Position numbers and translations under genes: made by a program. Positions 8,861 through 17,663 of a stretch of DNA of 49,578 nucleotides are shown here, in pieces (position 1 is the stretch's first letter; every line of letters begins with the position of its first letter). A model generated the notes under the pieces. The model searched no databases. It saw nothing but the letters and a program-made list of their open reading frames with translations, and had not been told where the DNA came from. The DNA is from Enterobacter phage vB_EclS_AS5. Location of the stretch: sequence record OR753409.1; one strand, written 5' to 3'.

Positions 8861-9070
8861 ATGAAAATTTACAGCAAATCAGCCCTGGAAATTGCACAAC
8901 AAGCAGCACGCGATGCCGTTAAGTTTGGCGTTGTCGGCGGCGGCGACCTTGATTGGGCTGCGGCTATGATTTGGCTGAAAATCGCAACCGGACATGCGCC
9001 AGTTTTCAAGTATGAGGAGCGCGGAATTCGTTCAATCGTCGCGTCGATGGAGGGAAAAAATGAAGGTTGA
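8861..9070 (+). CDS. Hypothetical protein of 69 aa.
   Basis: ORF with RBS gaggaaaacgaaATG. Confidence 0.5.
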   Translation: MKIYSKSALEIAQQAARDAVKFGVVGGGDLDWAAAMIWLKIATGHAPVFKYEERGIRSIVASMEGKNEG

Positions 9071-9308
9071 GCAAGGCCGAGAGGCCGTTTGGAATCACGC
9101 AAAAGAAACCGGAATGGCAGACGATATAGCACGAATTGCCAAAATCTTTGATCTGGCTGATGTTAGTATTATCAGCGACGGGAAAATGACTTACTTGCAC
9201 GAGAGGCCGCGCAAAATGCATCGCGTGCCAGCAATCCCGACAAAAATTGACTTCAAAGAAGCAATGGCAAAAATCAGAGAGCCTAAAAAGTATTACAAAG
9301 GAGAATAG
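9060..9308 (+). CDS. Hypothetical protein of 83 aa.
   Basis: ATG at 9060 (MKVEQGREAV...) after ggagggaaaaa. It overlaps the preceding ORF end. Confidence 0.5.
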   Translation: MKVEQGREAVWNHAKETGMADDIARIAKIFDLADVSIISDGKMTYLHERPRKMHRVPAIPTKIDFKEAMAKIREPKKYYKGE

Positions 9309-9402
9309 TCATCATGTGGAGCTTGCTTGTTCTTCCAATGCCCGTTATCATTGCCGCCGTTGTTATGTACGCACTTGTTATGTGATTTAAGAGGAAAAAT
9401 TA

Positions 9403-10521
9403 ATGATTCAGAAAATGACAGACCAGCAGTTTAAAGACGCACGAGCGGAGGGTAAAACCTACAAGCAGATCGCGGATGAGTTCGGTTTGAATGTTCGCAC
9501 CGTTGAGCGACGCGCGGCACGCCTTGCTCGCCAGGGTGAGACTGACACGAAAGGAGCACCAGGTTTTGCGGTTGTTCGTGAGTCAGTCCTGACCCGCGCA
9601 AACGGAGAAGAAGTGATGCGCTGGACTATCACCAACAAAGATAAAGAGCAGTTGGAAGCACTCATGCAAGCCGCGATGGATGCATTTGCTGAGGAAGTGC
9701 CGCGCCTTGAGCCTCAGCCGGAAAGCCGAAATGACTACAGCGAAAGCCTGGCTCTATACCCTATCTTTGACATGCACATTGGCGCAATGGCTCACAAGCA
9801 TGAATGTGGTGAGAATTGGGATACTGCAACAGCCGAGAAAGTCATGAATGACTTCTTTGATTATGCGGTTGAGTGTGCGCCAAATAGCGAGAAAGCCGTG
9901 CTCCTGATTGGTGGTGATATGCTTCACAGTGACGGCCTGGAGGCTGTAACACCTGCCAGCGGTCACGTTCTGGATCAGGATAGCCGCTACGCTAAACTTG
10001 TTTATGTCGCAATCCGAGCAACTCGCCGCGCTATCTCATTGATGTTAACCAAGCACAAAGAGGTTGAAATTCAGGTGATCGAGGGCAATCATGACCAATC
10101 AGGCATGATCTGGCTACGCGCAGCAATGGCTGCGGCATACGAGGACGAGCCGCGCGTGATGGTTGATGTTTCTCCCCGCGTTGTGCATCACACGCAGTAC
10201 GGAAAAACCTTCCTCGCTTATCATCACGGTCACACCGTGCGCAAGCCGGAAACGTTATTGATGATGTGCGCGGCAGATTGGCGCGAGGATTTTGGCAAAT
10301 CAAAATCAATGTATGCTCATGTAGGCCATTGGCATCACCAGACCGTAACAGAAACCAGCCTTGGGATTGTTGAAGTTCATAGCACTATGGCGGCTAAAGA
10401 TGCATATGCGGCTCGCGGTGGTTGGCGCTCTCGTCGTCGCGCTGCGGTTATCATCTACGATAAAGAGCACGGAGAGATCGGGCGCTTTATGTTCTACCCT
10501 GAAATGATGGAGTCAAAATAA
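9403..10521 (+). CDS. Fusion protein: an N-terminal HTH (sigma70 region-4/LuxR-like) joined to a calcineurin-like metallophosphoesterase.
   Basis: N-terminus TYKQIADEFGLNVRTVERRAARLARQ. Phosphoesterase motifs LLIGGDMLHSD and VIEGNHDQ, plus His-rich HHGH and HWHH. Confidence 0.65.
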   Translation: MIQKMTDQQFKDARAEGKTYKQIADEFGLNVRTVERRAARLARQGETDTKGAPGFAVVRESVLTRANGEEVMRWTITNKDKEQLEALMQAAMDAFAEEVPRLEPQPESRNDYSESLALYPIFDMHIGAMAHKHECGENWDTATAEKVMNDFFDYAVECAPNSEKAVLLIGGDMLHSDGLEAVTPASGHVLDQDSRYAKLVYVAIRATRRAISLMLTKHKEVEIQVIEGNHDQSGMIWLRAAMAAAYEDEPRVMVDVSPRVVHHTQYGKTFLAYHHGHTVRKPETLLMMCAADWREDFGKSKSMYAHVGHWHHQTVTETSLGIVEVHSTMAAKDAYAARGGWRSRRRAAVIIYDKEHGEIGRFMFYPEMMESK

Positions 10522-10691
10522 TGAAAGTTAAATGCGTTGAGAATTCATCTAAAACACTGCCTTACTACGAGGGCTTTGTGTACGAGGCCGATCCATTACC
10601 TGGCGGGATGTACAAGATTAAAGATGAATCAGGGCAGCATGTTATTGCACCGCTAAAAGGGCATTATCTGGAGTTTTTACGGGTTGATTAA
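10521..10691 (+). CDS. Small hypothetical protein of 56 aa.
   Basis: ATG overlaps the upstream TAA. Sequence MKVKCVENSSKTLPYYEGFVYEADPLPGGMYKIKDESGQHVIAPLKGHYLEFLRVD. Confidence 0.4.
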   Translation: MKVKCVENSSKTLPYYEGFVYEADPLPGGMYKIKDESGQHVIAPLKGHYLEFLRVD

Positions 10692-10713
10692 CATTTAACT
10701 TCATGAGCTTACA

Positions 10714-10743
10714 AAGGGTTAGCATTTGCTAGCCCTTTTTTTA
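10714..10743 (+). terminator. Rho-independent terminator ending the rightward early-left operon.
   Basis: GGGTTAG..CTAGCCC stem followed by TTTTTTTTATT. Confidence 0.65.
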
Positions 10744-10818
10744 TTGTTTTGTTTTTACTCGTTGCTGGTTAACATACACACACTTGACTATTGACATTTA
10801 AAACAAGGAGATCAGATT

Positions 10819-11034
10819 ATGAGAGAATTTTTAAACGCAGCTACAACCAGCACCGGAGGCGCGTCACTGGCTGGAGCGGCAACAGGTCAAATTACAATTG
10901 CGGTTGCTGGCCTTGTACTTATGGCTGCCTTTGGATTTTGGGGCGCTTACTTGCGCTGGAAAGATAGCAAGGCGTTGCGAGAAGCTTTGGATCGTGAAGA
11001 TATCAAAGAGGCAATTCGAATCAGGGGGAAATAA
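10819..11034 (+). CDS. Holin (single transmembrane segment).
   Basis: 71 aa with the [24 protein letters not shown] and a charged C-terminus. It lies immediately upstream of the endolysin. RBS aaggagatcagattATG. Confidence 0.6.
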   Translation: MREFLNAATTSTGGASLAGAATGQITIAVAGLVLMAAFGFWGAYLRWKDSKALREALDREDIKEAIRIRGK

Positions 11035-11036
11035 TC

Positions 11037-11531
11037 ATGAGTTTACAGAGAAGCGCGGCATACGCTTTATTTGGCGCTGCGCTCTCGTTAACTTCTCCGC
11101 TCCTGGAGGAGATCGAGGGCATCCGGTACAAGCCTTATAAAGATATTGCCGGAATCTGGACAGTCTGCGCGGGTATTACCGGATCTGATGTTGTGCTTGG
11201 TAAGACGTACACGCAGAGAGAATGTGACGCACTTCTTGCCAAGCACATCGGGATCGCAAAGGCAGAAGTCGATAAGCGCGTAAAGGTTGAGATACCGGAC
11301 ACTATGCGTGCGGCGATGTATAGCTTCACTTACAACGCTGGTACTGGAGCGTTTCGCAAGTCAACCATGCTCAAGAAGATCAATAATGGCGATCTTTATG
11401 GGGCGTGCGACGAGCTTTGGAAATGGACGTATTACTACAATCCAAAAACTGGTAAGCGCGAGAAGTCCAAAGGGTTAAAAAACCGTCGCGCGGTTGAGTA
11501 TAAATATTGCACTAAGGATCTGAAAAAATGA
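11037..11531 (+). CDS. Endolysin, a GH24 phage lysozyme.
   Basis: T4/lambda-R-like lysozyme signature [19 protein letters not shown]... with catalytic Glu and Asp context. Confidence 0.85.
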   Translation: MSLQRSAAYALFGAALSLTSPLLEEIEGIRYKPYKDIAGIWTVCAGITGSDVVLGKTYTQRECDALLAKHIGIAKAEVDKRVKVEIPDTMRAAMYSFTYNAGTGAFRKSTMLKKINNGDLYGACDELWKWTYYYNPKTGKREKSKGLKNRRAVEYKYCTKDLKK

Positions 11532-11923
11532 AACGATTAGCTTTGGCGGTACTGGTTGCCGCCTCTCTTTCTGGTTGTTCAGCGTCAAGCGCTCTGAGCG
11601 GTTTAATCGGCAGTAAGCCGGAAATCACAGCGCAGGCCGGAGCTGAAAACGTAAAGCAAACAGTAGGCGTTACGGCAAAGAATGACGAGAGCAGCAAGCA
11701 GGAAAACACGATCAAGGATTCGCAGGTTGGCAAGGTTGACTCCTCCAACAAAAAGAAGGTGAGCACTTCAAGCATCCAGGCTGATACAATAACAGCCGAC
11801 AAGATCGAGATCAGAAACAGCGAGAGTGATTTGTATGTGATGTTCTTTGCGCTTGCTTGCTTATTTGTTGCTGGCTTTGCCGCTGGCGTTTTTTGGAATG
11901 GCAGAAAAAATAAAGGGGCATAA
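11528..11923 (+). CDS. Unimolecular spanin of the T1 gp11 type.
   Basis: N-terminal lipoprotein signal (LSGC lipobox) plus a C-terminal [25 protein letters not shown]. The ATGA start overlaps the endolysin stop. Confidence 0.7.
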   Translation: MKRLALAVLVAASLSGCSASSALSGLIGSKPEITAQAGAENVKQTVGVTAKNDESSKQENTIKDSQVGKVDSSNKKKVSTSSIQADTITADKIEIRNSESDLYVMFFALACLFVAGFAAGVFWNGRKNKGA

Positions 11924-11936
11924 TGCCCCTTTTTTC
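11912..11936. terminator. Bidirectional rho-independent terminator. The spanin stop codon lies in its loop.
   Basis: GGGGCA-taa-TGCCCC followed by TTTTTT, with an A tract upstream. Confidence 0.75.
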
Positions 11937-12126
11937 ATTCCAGTAGTCTGACGTTGACTAATACAACTCCGTCCTCGTCGTGCAGGTTGTGCTCCTTTGC
12001 CGGATTAGCTCGCATATCGCTGTACAGGATCAGGAGTATCGCTCTGATCATATCGTCATGCGATACCGAATTTACGGCGCAGTGCTTCATAATCGCATCT
12101 ATTAGATTTTGTGTTGAATAATTCAT
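11935..12126 (-). CDS. Small hypothetical protein. Its start is uncertain; an internal ATG lies at 12051.
   Basis: The ORF overlaps the upstream gene by 70 nt. The alternative start MIRAILL sits 5 nt after the upstream stop. Confidence 0.35.
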   Translation of the reverse strand: MNYSTQNLIDAIMKHCAVNSVSHDDMIRAILLILYSDMRANPAKEHNLHDEDGVVLVNVRLLE

Positions 12127-12448
12127 CGTCGCTTAACTCGTCAAGGTGAAACAGATCGTAAATATATTTATTGCTCTCACCCTCCAGGCTATACAGTTCA
12201 AACCCAAACGGCCTCTTGTGCGAGCCGTGGCACGTCACCACGCCTTTATCTATCCCAAGATATCCCAATGTAGCCATTCGCGGTATAAACTCAAGAGAGA
12301 CGCTTGAGGCGAATTTACGAGGCGTCATATTGGCGGCTCTTGCGAGCCGCTCACACTCTTTGTGCTGAAAAACAAATCTGGCTAAGTGCTGACGGTTAAA
12401 CCAATCGTAACTTTCGCAAAACTTATACAGATCCAGCAGAAACATCAT
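12056..12448 (-). CDS. Hypothetical protein of 130 aa.
   Basis: ATG is 3 nt after the stop of the DUF3987-like gene, consistent with a translationally coupled operon. Confidence 0.55.
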   Translation of the reverse strand: MMFLLDLYKFCESYDWFNRQHLARFVFQHKECERLARAANMTPRKFASSVSLEFIPRMATLGYLGIDKGVVTCHGSHKRPFGFELYSLEGESNKYIYDLFHLDELSDDELFNTKSNRCDYEALRRKFGIA

Positions 12449-12451
12449 TTA

Positions 12452-14029
12452 TCACCCCATTAAAGCAGGATTCACAAACACGCGCCCATTCGTGAGGCAT
12501 ACGTAATTCAGATCTTCAAGGATTGGCAGCAAGTGATCCTCAATTCGCTTCATCACGCCAGCCTGACCCAAGAACGGACGAACCTTGCGCACGGATTCGT
12601 AAATCGCTCGTGCAGTGATAGCGCCCTTATTTGCTTTTCCGAGCCTGGTTATCGTGTCGATAATCTTGATCAACTCTGCATCCTGACCAGCATGACCGGA
12701 AGCATTCGCCGCGCTGATGTAGGTCTTGCTTAACTCCTGGAACATCAAGAGCGCCTCCTGCATCGTCTCAACGTCAATATCTCGTGACTTTGTGGCGGTT
12801 CCGTTAACGTCCTGCCAGTTTCGGATCGTGTGGATAACGGAGGCCAGGCGAATAACCTGCTTATCCATTTTACCCAACGCGCCGCGTAGCATTGTGTGAG
12901 AATATTCTCCGCCGTCTGCTAGTTTTGGCTCCATTTCCTGGCGTGCCATGTTGAGCACTCGCATAGCGGAGCGGCTAACCTTCAATGAAACTGATTGCTC
13001 CGTCATGATATTGTGGATCAGCTTGTAATAATCCGCCTTAAGACCTGCATCAACTGGCGTGTAGGTTGTGTCTCCTTTGTCGTCAACAAACTTACGGCGG
13101 CCTAAGAATGATTCCTCGCGCACCAGCAAGAAGCGCTCAGAAACACCGATACCACGAGCACCAGCCTCCATAATGCCGCTGATTGTTTCGTCCTGCGCAA
13201 TCACAGCCATGCAACCGAGAGCCGTAAAGCTCATGTTGTTTTCTGCATTCGCACGGGCAATGGAAACGTGACCGCTATCCCAAGCTTTAAGCACCAATTC
13301 GCTGTTAGTCTTGCGCTCGCTATTGGCGTATGTCAGACCTAGCAATGAGTTTATACTTGTTGCCTCGTCCGATATAACAGCAAAGTTACCCTGGCGGAAG
13401 TTGATTTTAGCCAAGCCCTCTGGAGTGGTATCTGAAACCGGAAACACAACGTCGCACAGTTTTGCGAGCTTTTCCTCGTACTCCTCTTTCTCCTCATAAA
13501 GTGCGGCGTACTCAGTGCCGGAGCGCTCTGATTTTAATTCCTTTGCGATCCCGTTGAGTTTTGCCTGAATCTTTTTGCGCTCTTTCTTACGTTGCTCGTT
13601 GATGCGCTCAACCTCTGCAACAATCGGAGCAATAGCCATTGAGTTGATCGCGGATTTACCAGTAGACGGCGGCTGGCTGGTAACAACGTATAGCGCCGTT
13701 GGCTGATCGGTTCCGTGGTACTCCACTGTGAATCGTCCGAGCATTGCGGCAGACACGCAGCCTACAAAGTGCATATAGGCAGATGAAACAGGGAATTGCA
13801 CAGACTCCGCCAGGCTGCGAGACAACTTGCCTACAACGTCGCAATCGTTGCCGAGGGAAATAACAGGGTATTTGTCGTTTCCGCTGTTAATGTCCTTCAC
13901 GTCACCCCAAAAACCAGACGAGCGAGAGTATCCGTTTGCCTGTATTGCAACCTTAACGGCGCTCAAGCCTTGAGCCTCAGCCGTTGAAATGATTTGTTGT
14001 GGTGTCAGCGTGGATTGTTCAAAAAACAT
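12452..14029 (-). CDS. DUF3987-like P-loop NTPase, a putative replicative helicase or primase-associated ATPase.
   Basis: Walker A QPPSTGKS and Walker B AVISDEA. RBS aaggag. 525 aa. Confidence 0.65.
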   Translation of the reverse strand: MFFEQSTLTPQQIISTAEAQGLSAVKVAIQANGYSRSSGFWGDVKDINSGNDKYPVISLGNDCDVVGKLSRSLAESVQFPVSSAYMHFVGCVSAAMLGRFTVEYHGTDQPTALYVVTSQPPSTGKSAINSMAIAPIVAEVERINEQRKKERKKIQAKLNGIAKELKSERSGTEYAALYEEKEEYEEKLAKLCDVVFPVSDTTPEGLAKINFRQGNFAVISDEATSINSLLGLTYANSERKTNSELVLKAWDSGHVSIARANAENNMSFTALGCMAVIAQDETISGIMEAGARGIGVSERFLLVREESFLGRRKFVDDKGDTTYTPVDAGLKADYYKLIHNIMTEQSVSLKVSRSAMRVLNMARQEMEPKLADGGEYSHTMLRGALGKMDKQVIRLASVIHTIRNWQDVNGTATKSRDIDVETMQEALLMFQELSKTYISAANASGHAGQDAELIKIIDTITRLGKANKGAITARAIYESVRKVRPFLGQAGVMKRIEDHLLPILEDLNYVCLTNGRVFVNPALMG

Positions 14030-14056
14030 CTTAAAGTCTCCTTGTTGGTTGACCCG

Positions 14057-14102
14057 TATTATAGGTAAACCATCTTACAGCCTTTTAGCAATTCGTGCTA
14101 TT
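14057..14102 (-). promoter_or_regulatory. Regulatory cassette on the minus strand: AATAGCACgaatTGCTAAAA, 22 bp, then TATAAT.
   Basis: Reverse complement of 14083-14102 equals the core. The -10 is at 14057-14062. The stop TAG of the upstream gene (14098) lies in the core. Confidence 0.55.
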
Positions 14103-14343
14103 TTAAACGTTCAACTTTTGCGAGAAGTTTCGATCCGTCATGGCTCCAGCATTCGAGCGTTTCAGGATCAAAGTCTAAAGACCTGTGGAATGTGTGACCA
14201 ATCAGCAGATATCCGCCACGTTGACGAATCTGATAAACAGTTTCGCCAACCGTGAATATTGAAATGTCGCTGTATGTCACCTTAAATCTGTTAGCCAGCA
14301 TACTCTTTGGTATGTGGCGCGTGTATTCTACACCTTGAATCAT
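14098..14343 (-). CDS. Hypothetical protein of 81 aa.
   Basis: ORF ending ...KVERLK with TAG inside the cassette core. Confidence 0.5.
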   Translation of the reverse strand: MIQGVEYTRHIPKSMLANRFKVTYSDISIFTVGETVYQIRQRGGYLLIGHTFHRSLDFDPETLECWSHDGSKLLAKVERLK

Positions 14344-14726
14344 GAATATTTCGCCTCGAATAAGTAAGCACCACCAGCAGAGAAACCAACCTCCTCCCGA
14401 TACAGAGTGAAGCGGTCGCCGTCCTCGTCAAAAACGTAGCCAGCAACTCCGCCCAATACGCGCCCTTGTTCGATCTGGTAGCGATTGCCAGCCTTAAACG
14501 TTTTCTTGTGCTTCATGCTATGATCAACCCAAGTACATTTTATTGTTTTTGTCTTGATCTCGCGGAAATCATTAATGTTAGCCTCAGTCCACTTGCTACC
14601 TTTCGTCAGTTCTCGAACCTGGAAAACCTCCATTTCAACGAGTTCACCACTGTCATTGACAGGAACCATTGCCGCTTTAAAGCGTCCATTCATTAATTTG
14701 TTGTCGGCGTTACGGATAACTTTCAT
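14340..14726 (-). CDS. Hypothetical protein of 128 aa.
   Basis: ORF with RBS aaggagtaaataATG. Overlaps the downstream gene as ATGA. Confidence 0.55.
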   Translation of the reverse strand: MKVIRNADNKLMNGRFKAAMVPVNDSGELVEMEVFQVRELTKGSKWTEANINDFREIKTKTIKCTWVDHSMKHKKTFKAGNRYQIEQGRVLGGVAGYVFDEDGDRFTLYREEVGFSAGGAYLFEAKYS

Positions 14727-14755
14727 TATTTACTCCTTTGGTTTGATGTGGTTGC

Positions 14756-14800
14756 ATAATAGCGGATCTTATCGACCCGCTTTTAACAAAAAGTGCTATT
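14756..14800 (-). promoter_or_regulatory. Regulatory cassette on the minus strand: core aatagcactttttgttaaaa, 21 bp, then TATTAT.
   Basis: Reverse complement of 14781-14800. An imperfect hairpin gcgggtc..gatccgc precedes the -10. The Dcm stop TAG lies in the core. Confidence 0.5.
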
Positions 14801-15509
14801 TTGAGTTAGCCAGCCATACAGCAATCGCCAGGCCGCGAGGAGTTAGCGAGCGAATCAGTTTTGTTCGCGCTGATTTACCGCCTAATTTCTTCCAGCCTGG
14901 ATTATCATTACCAACCGGATCCACTGGTAAATGCTCAGGCATCACAAAGCCGTTACCAGTCCAAAGGCAAGTTTTCTTATTGTAAGCGTCGCTCGCTGGG
15001 ATGATATCAGGGAAAGCAGGGTGCGCTTCATCCTTGATATGGATATAGCCGCCATAGTCGCACGGATGGAATTTGTGATCCGGCTTGCGCCATAGCGTTG
15101 ACAGCTTGCCTACAGGGTTTTCGATCATGTACGGAGCGCCAAAGTGATCAGCAATCTCCGCCGCAATCTTGCAGGTCGCCGCCGCCTTAACCTGGAAATC
15201 TGGATCAATCTCTGCTTTTCGCTTCCAGTGGCGAGAGCCGGAGTTTGCAAGGTCAGTACATGGAGGAAACGCCATAATGAAATCAGGCTTACCCCAAAGC
15301 AGGTTGCACGCGCTCGCCTTGAAATCATCGTCAATCCAGGCGTTAACATATTCAATGTTCGGATGCGTTACGCGCACTGACTGGTACGAGCCGTGATCAC
15401 CTTCATCGGCATTGAAGCAGACGACTTTATAACCAGCTTTAGCCCACGGAAGCGCCGCATAGCCGGAGCCGTCGAACATTGAGAAAACCAGGCCTTTACG
15501 TTCAAACAT
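14796..15509 (-). CDS. DNA cytosine-C5 methyltransferase-like protein, small and Dcm-like.
   Basis: Motif I FSMFDGSGYA, motif IV AFPPCTDLANSG (a PC dipeptide) and motif VI MIENPVGKL (ENV). The likely start is MFERKG at 15509 with RBS gaggtg. Confidence 0.55.
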   Translation of the reverse strand: MFERKGLVFSMFDGSGYAALPWAKAGYKVVCFNADEGDHGSYQSVRVTHPNIEYVNAWIDDDFKASACNLLWGKPDFIMAFPPCTDLANSGSRHWKRKAEIDPDFQVKAAATCKIAAEIADHFGAPYMIENPVGKLSTLWRKPDHKFHPCDYGGYIHIKDEAHPAFPDIIPASDAYNKKTCLWTGNGFVMPEHLPVDPVGNDNPGWKKLGGKSARTKLIRSLTPRGLAIAVWLANSK

Positions 15510-15519
15510 ATCTATCACC

Positions 15520-15744
15520 TCAGAATGGGAAGCAACGTTTGCAAGCCGGATCAAAATCACAGCCGCAGTCATTTACAATCATGGTTGGATCGGCAAACAT
15601 CGCTCCGCTCTCCATATCCATATCCATATCACCAAGCGCATCATCAAGTGTGCGCAGTTTGTAAGCAACCTCAAGCGCAGCCTCTTTGTTCAGTCCAGCC
15701 GCCTCCGCCTCATGCAGACGGGCAAAAAACTCGTCTTGTACCAC
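15520..15744 (-). CDS. Hypothetical acidic, Cys-containing protein of 74 aa.
   Basis: GTG start after gaggag. C-terminal CGCDFDPACKRC. Confidence 0.45.
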   Translation of the reverse strand: MVQDEFFARLHEAEAAGLNKEAALEVAYKLRTLDDALGDMDMDMESGAMFADPTMIVNDCGCDFDPACKRCFPF

Positions 15745-15801
15745 AATTCACTCCTCTAAAACTGGCGGCGCAATTGCCGCCTTTAAACCAATCAGGACTT
15801 A

Positions 15802-16029
15802 TCAGGCTTTCCAGGTTTCGATATACATCGAATTTTCATCAAGGAAGTTGATCACATCCTGCTTGCTGTAATGGCGCAGAGTGCAGCGCGGCGACGTTCC
15901 AACGGTGTAGCAGCCTTTACCCTCTGTGATTGTCACTTGCTTGATTTTCTCGCCTGGGATGTCGCACTTGATGATCACGCGGTGATGGCTATCAAGGGTT
16001 TTCATGATGTTTTCGGTTTTGAGTTTCAT
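15802..16029 (-). CDS. Hypothetical protein of 75 aa.
   Basis: ORF with leader ...gaggacaaacgaATG. A terminator-like GGCGGC..GCCGCC stem lies downstream at about 15760-15785. Confidence 0.5.
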   Translation of the reverse strand: MKLKTENIMKTLDSHHRVIIKCDIPGEKIKQVTITEGKGCYTVGTSPRCTLRHYSKQDVINFLDENSMYIETWKA

Positions 16030-16054
16030 TCGTTTGTCCTCGCTCGTTGTCGAT

Positions 16055-16105
16055 GGCGCTACTATACAAGGTCGCAGCGCCGGAGTTTTAACAAAAAGTG
16101 CTATC
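16055..16105 (-). promoter_or_regulatory. Regulatory cassette on the minus strand (class A): core, 22 bp, then TATAGT flanked by the inverted repeat GGCGCT/AGCGCC.
   Basis: Reverse complement of 16086-16105 is the core. The -10 is at 16062-16067 with IR arms at 16055-16060 and 16076-16081. Confidence 0.55.
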
Positions 16106-16182
16106 AGTTCCAGAATGAGTGTCGGGGCGCACGTTTACCATCACCGCCGTAGTGGTCATTGGCTACGGCAATCATCCAGGCG

Positions 16183-16464
16183 TTAGCGAATATCAGCAGC
16201 CGCATAAATCACTCCTTTAATCTTCTTGATCTCGTCAACTAGCTCTTGCTCGTCGTGAATCATGGCTGGCGAGCACTCCCAACAAGCGGAGGGGAGTTTC
16301 TTGTTCTTTCCCTTAATCAGAAAGCCGCCCATTAACTCCCAATTGCAGATAAGGCGATCATCACGCATATCGTACAGGTTGAACAGGTTGCGACGCTCGC
16401 CGCTAACATAAATCTTCATCCCATTGTTGCGGCAGAATCCTCGCAATTCTTTCGTAACTCGCAT
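16183..16464 (-). CDS. Hypothetical protein of 93 aa.
   Basis: Overlaps the next gene as ATGA. Confidence 0.5.
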   Translation of the reverse strand: MRVTKELRGFCRNNGMKIYVSGERRNLFNLYDMRDDRLICNWELMGGFLIKGKNKKLPSACWECSPAMIHDEQELVDEIKKIKGVIYAAADIR

Positions 16465-16658
16465 TATTCACTCTCCAGTACAGTAACAGGTTCCAGGCGC
16501 TCCAGCACAACTTTGAAGTCGGCAAAGAATGTCGGCCTACGTTCGGTTAACTCCGTATAGGTGTCAGTCGCCAGCGTTGCGCGATCACCTTCATAGCACA
16601 CTACACGCTTTCCATCTGCGCGGCTGATTGCCACCACGCGATAAGTGTTTTTGATCAT
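16464..16658 (-). CDS. Hypothetical protein of 64 aa.
   Basis: ORF in the leftward early operon. Confidence 0.5.
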   Translation of the reverse strand: MIKNTYRVVAISRADGKRVVCYEGDRATLATDTYTELTERRPTFFADFKVVLERLEPVTVLESE

Positions 16659-16677
16659 GCGTTATCTCCTGATTGGT

Positions 16678-16941
16678 TTAGTTCTTAACCTGGCTCATGC
16701 GATCCATTTCACGATACCAGATAATCAAATCATCAAGCGCCAGGAACAAGTCAGCTTTCTTTGTCTCCTTGATGGTGTCACAAACCAGGTTGATATCACA
16801 CTCCAGTACGCCAAGGTACTCACCATACTGACGGCAACCTTCAATATTGTCCGCCTTGCTTGTGCGGCGTATGTTGCGCTGCGCACGGCAAATCAGGCTG
16901 ATCACGTTGCTGGTTTCTTTGCTGGTTATGTGATAGGTCAT
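16678..16941 (-). CDS. Hypothetical protein of 88 aa.
   Basis: ATG at 16941 (MTYHITSK...) preceded by the conserved leader catcgaaacgaactgaggaaaacgaaATG. Confidence 0.5.
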   Translation of the reverse strand: MTYHITSKETSNVISLICRAQRNIRRTSKADNIEGCRQYGEYLGVLECDINLVCDTIKETKKADLFLALDDLIIWYREMDRMSQVKN

Positions 16942-16972
16942 TTCGTTTTCCTCAGTTCGTTTCGATGAATGC

Positions 16973-17017
16973 ATTATGCCAAATCCAGATCACGTAGTTT
17001 TAGCAAAAAGTGCTATT
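16973..17017 (-). promoter_or_regulatory. Regulatory cassette on the minus strand driving the leftward early operon: core, 22 bp, then CATAAT.
   Basis: Reverse complement of 16998-17017 is aatagcactttttgctaaaa. The -10 is at 16973-16978. Confidence 0.5.
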
Positions 17018-17024
17018 CAATCGG

Positions 17025-17140
17025 TAGTTAGATGATTTGGTGATTTTCTGACCTGCATTTTGATGGTTAGTTTGATGCGCGTCAGCTTTTGACGAGATTT
17101 GATGATTGTTGATTAGATTTGATTGGATTTGATTGTGGGA
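17025..17140. repeat. Cluster of 5-6 direct GATTTGATTG-type iterons in the divergent early control region, a candidate replication origin.
   Basis: gatgatttggtgatttt, ttttgatggttagtttgatg and gatttgatgattgttgattagatttgattggatttgattgtggg, embedded in 690 bp of AT-rich non-coding DNA. Confidence 0.55.
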
Positions 17141-17594
17141 ATCATCATGGTCTGACGATGCCGTTTTTGCGCTCCAGAAAACTCCATTCTGTTATTTCCT
17201 GTTTACACTCGTTTCCTCTTGTTACCGAAAGTACGGTGGCGTAGTTTGTTCGCGTTTTTCGCGTGACGAAAACAAAAAAAACTTTCAATCACCCTATAAA
17301 CAACTAATAAAATCAATAGTTTATTTTATATATGTTATGTTTGTTTTCACTACGTTATACTTGTTCCATATGGTATGGTGTGGTTATGGGATTTTATTAT
17401 TGGTGGTATTGGTTAATTTATAGGCATTTTCCGCTCAGGATGTGTGCGATTCATCATTGGGCTATGGTTGCTTTGGGTGACATATACATATCTATTATGG
17501 CCTCCGAAAAAACTGTAACACCGGTAACATGGAAAAAACACGTTTTGTGGTTAAGCAAATCAGTAACTTACGACAAATTTTGTTTTTTGGCTCA

Positions 17595-17631
17595 AAAAAA
17601 ACTTGTGGAAACCGATTGTAACATGCATAAT
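17595..17631 (+). promoter_or_regulatory. Sigma70-type promoter TTGTGG-N17-CATAAT for the rightward early operon.
   Basis: cTTGTGGaaaccgattgtaacatgCATAAT followed by the conserved-type leader caccacgaaacgaacaaacggagg. Confidence 0.45.
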
Positions 17632-17663
17632 GCACCACGAAACGAACAAACGGAGGTAAAACT

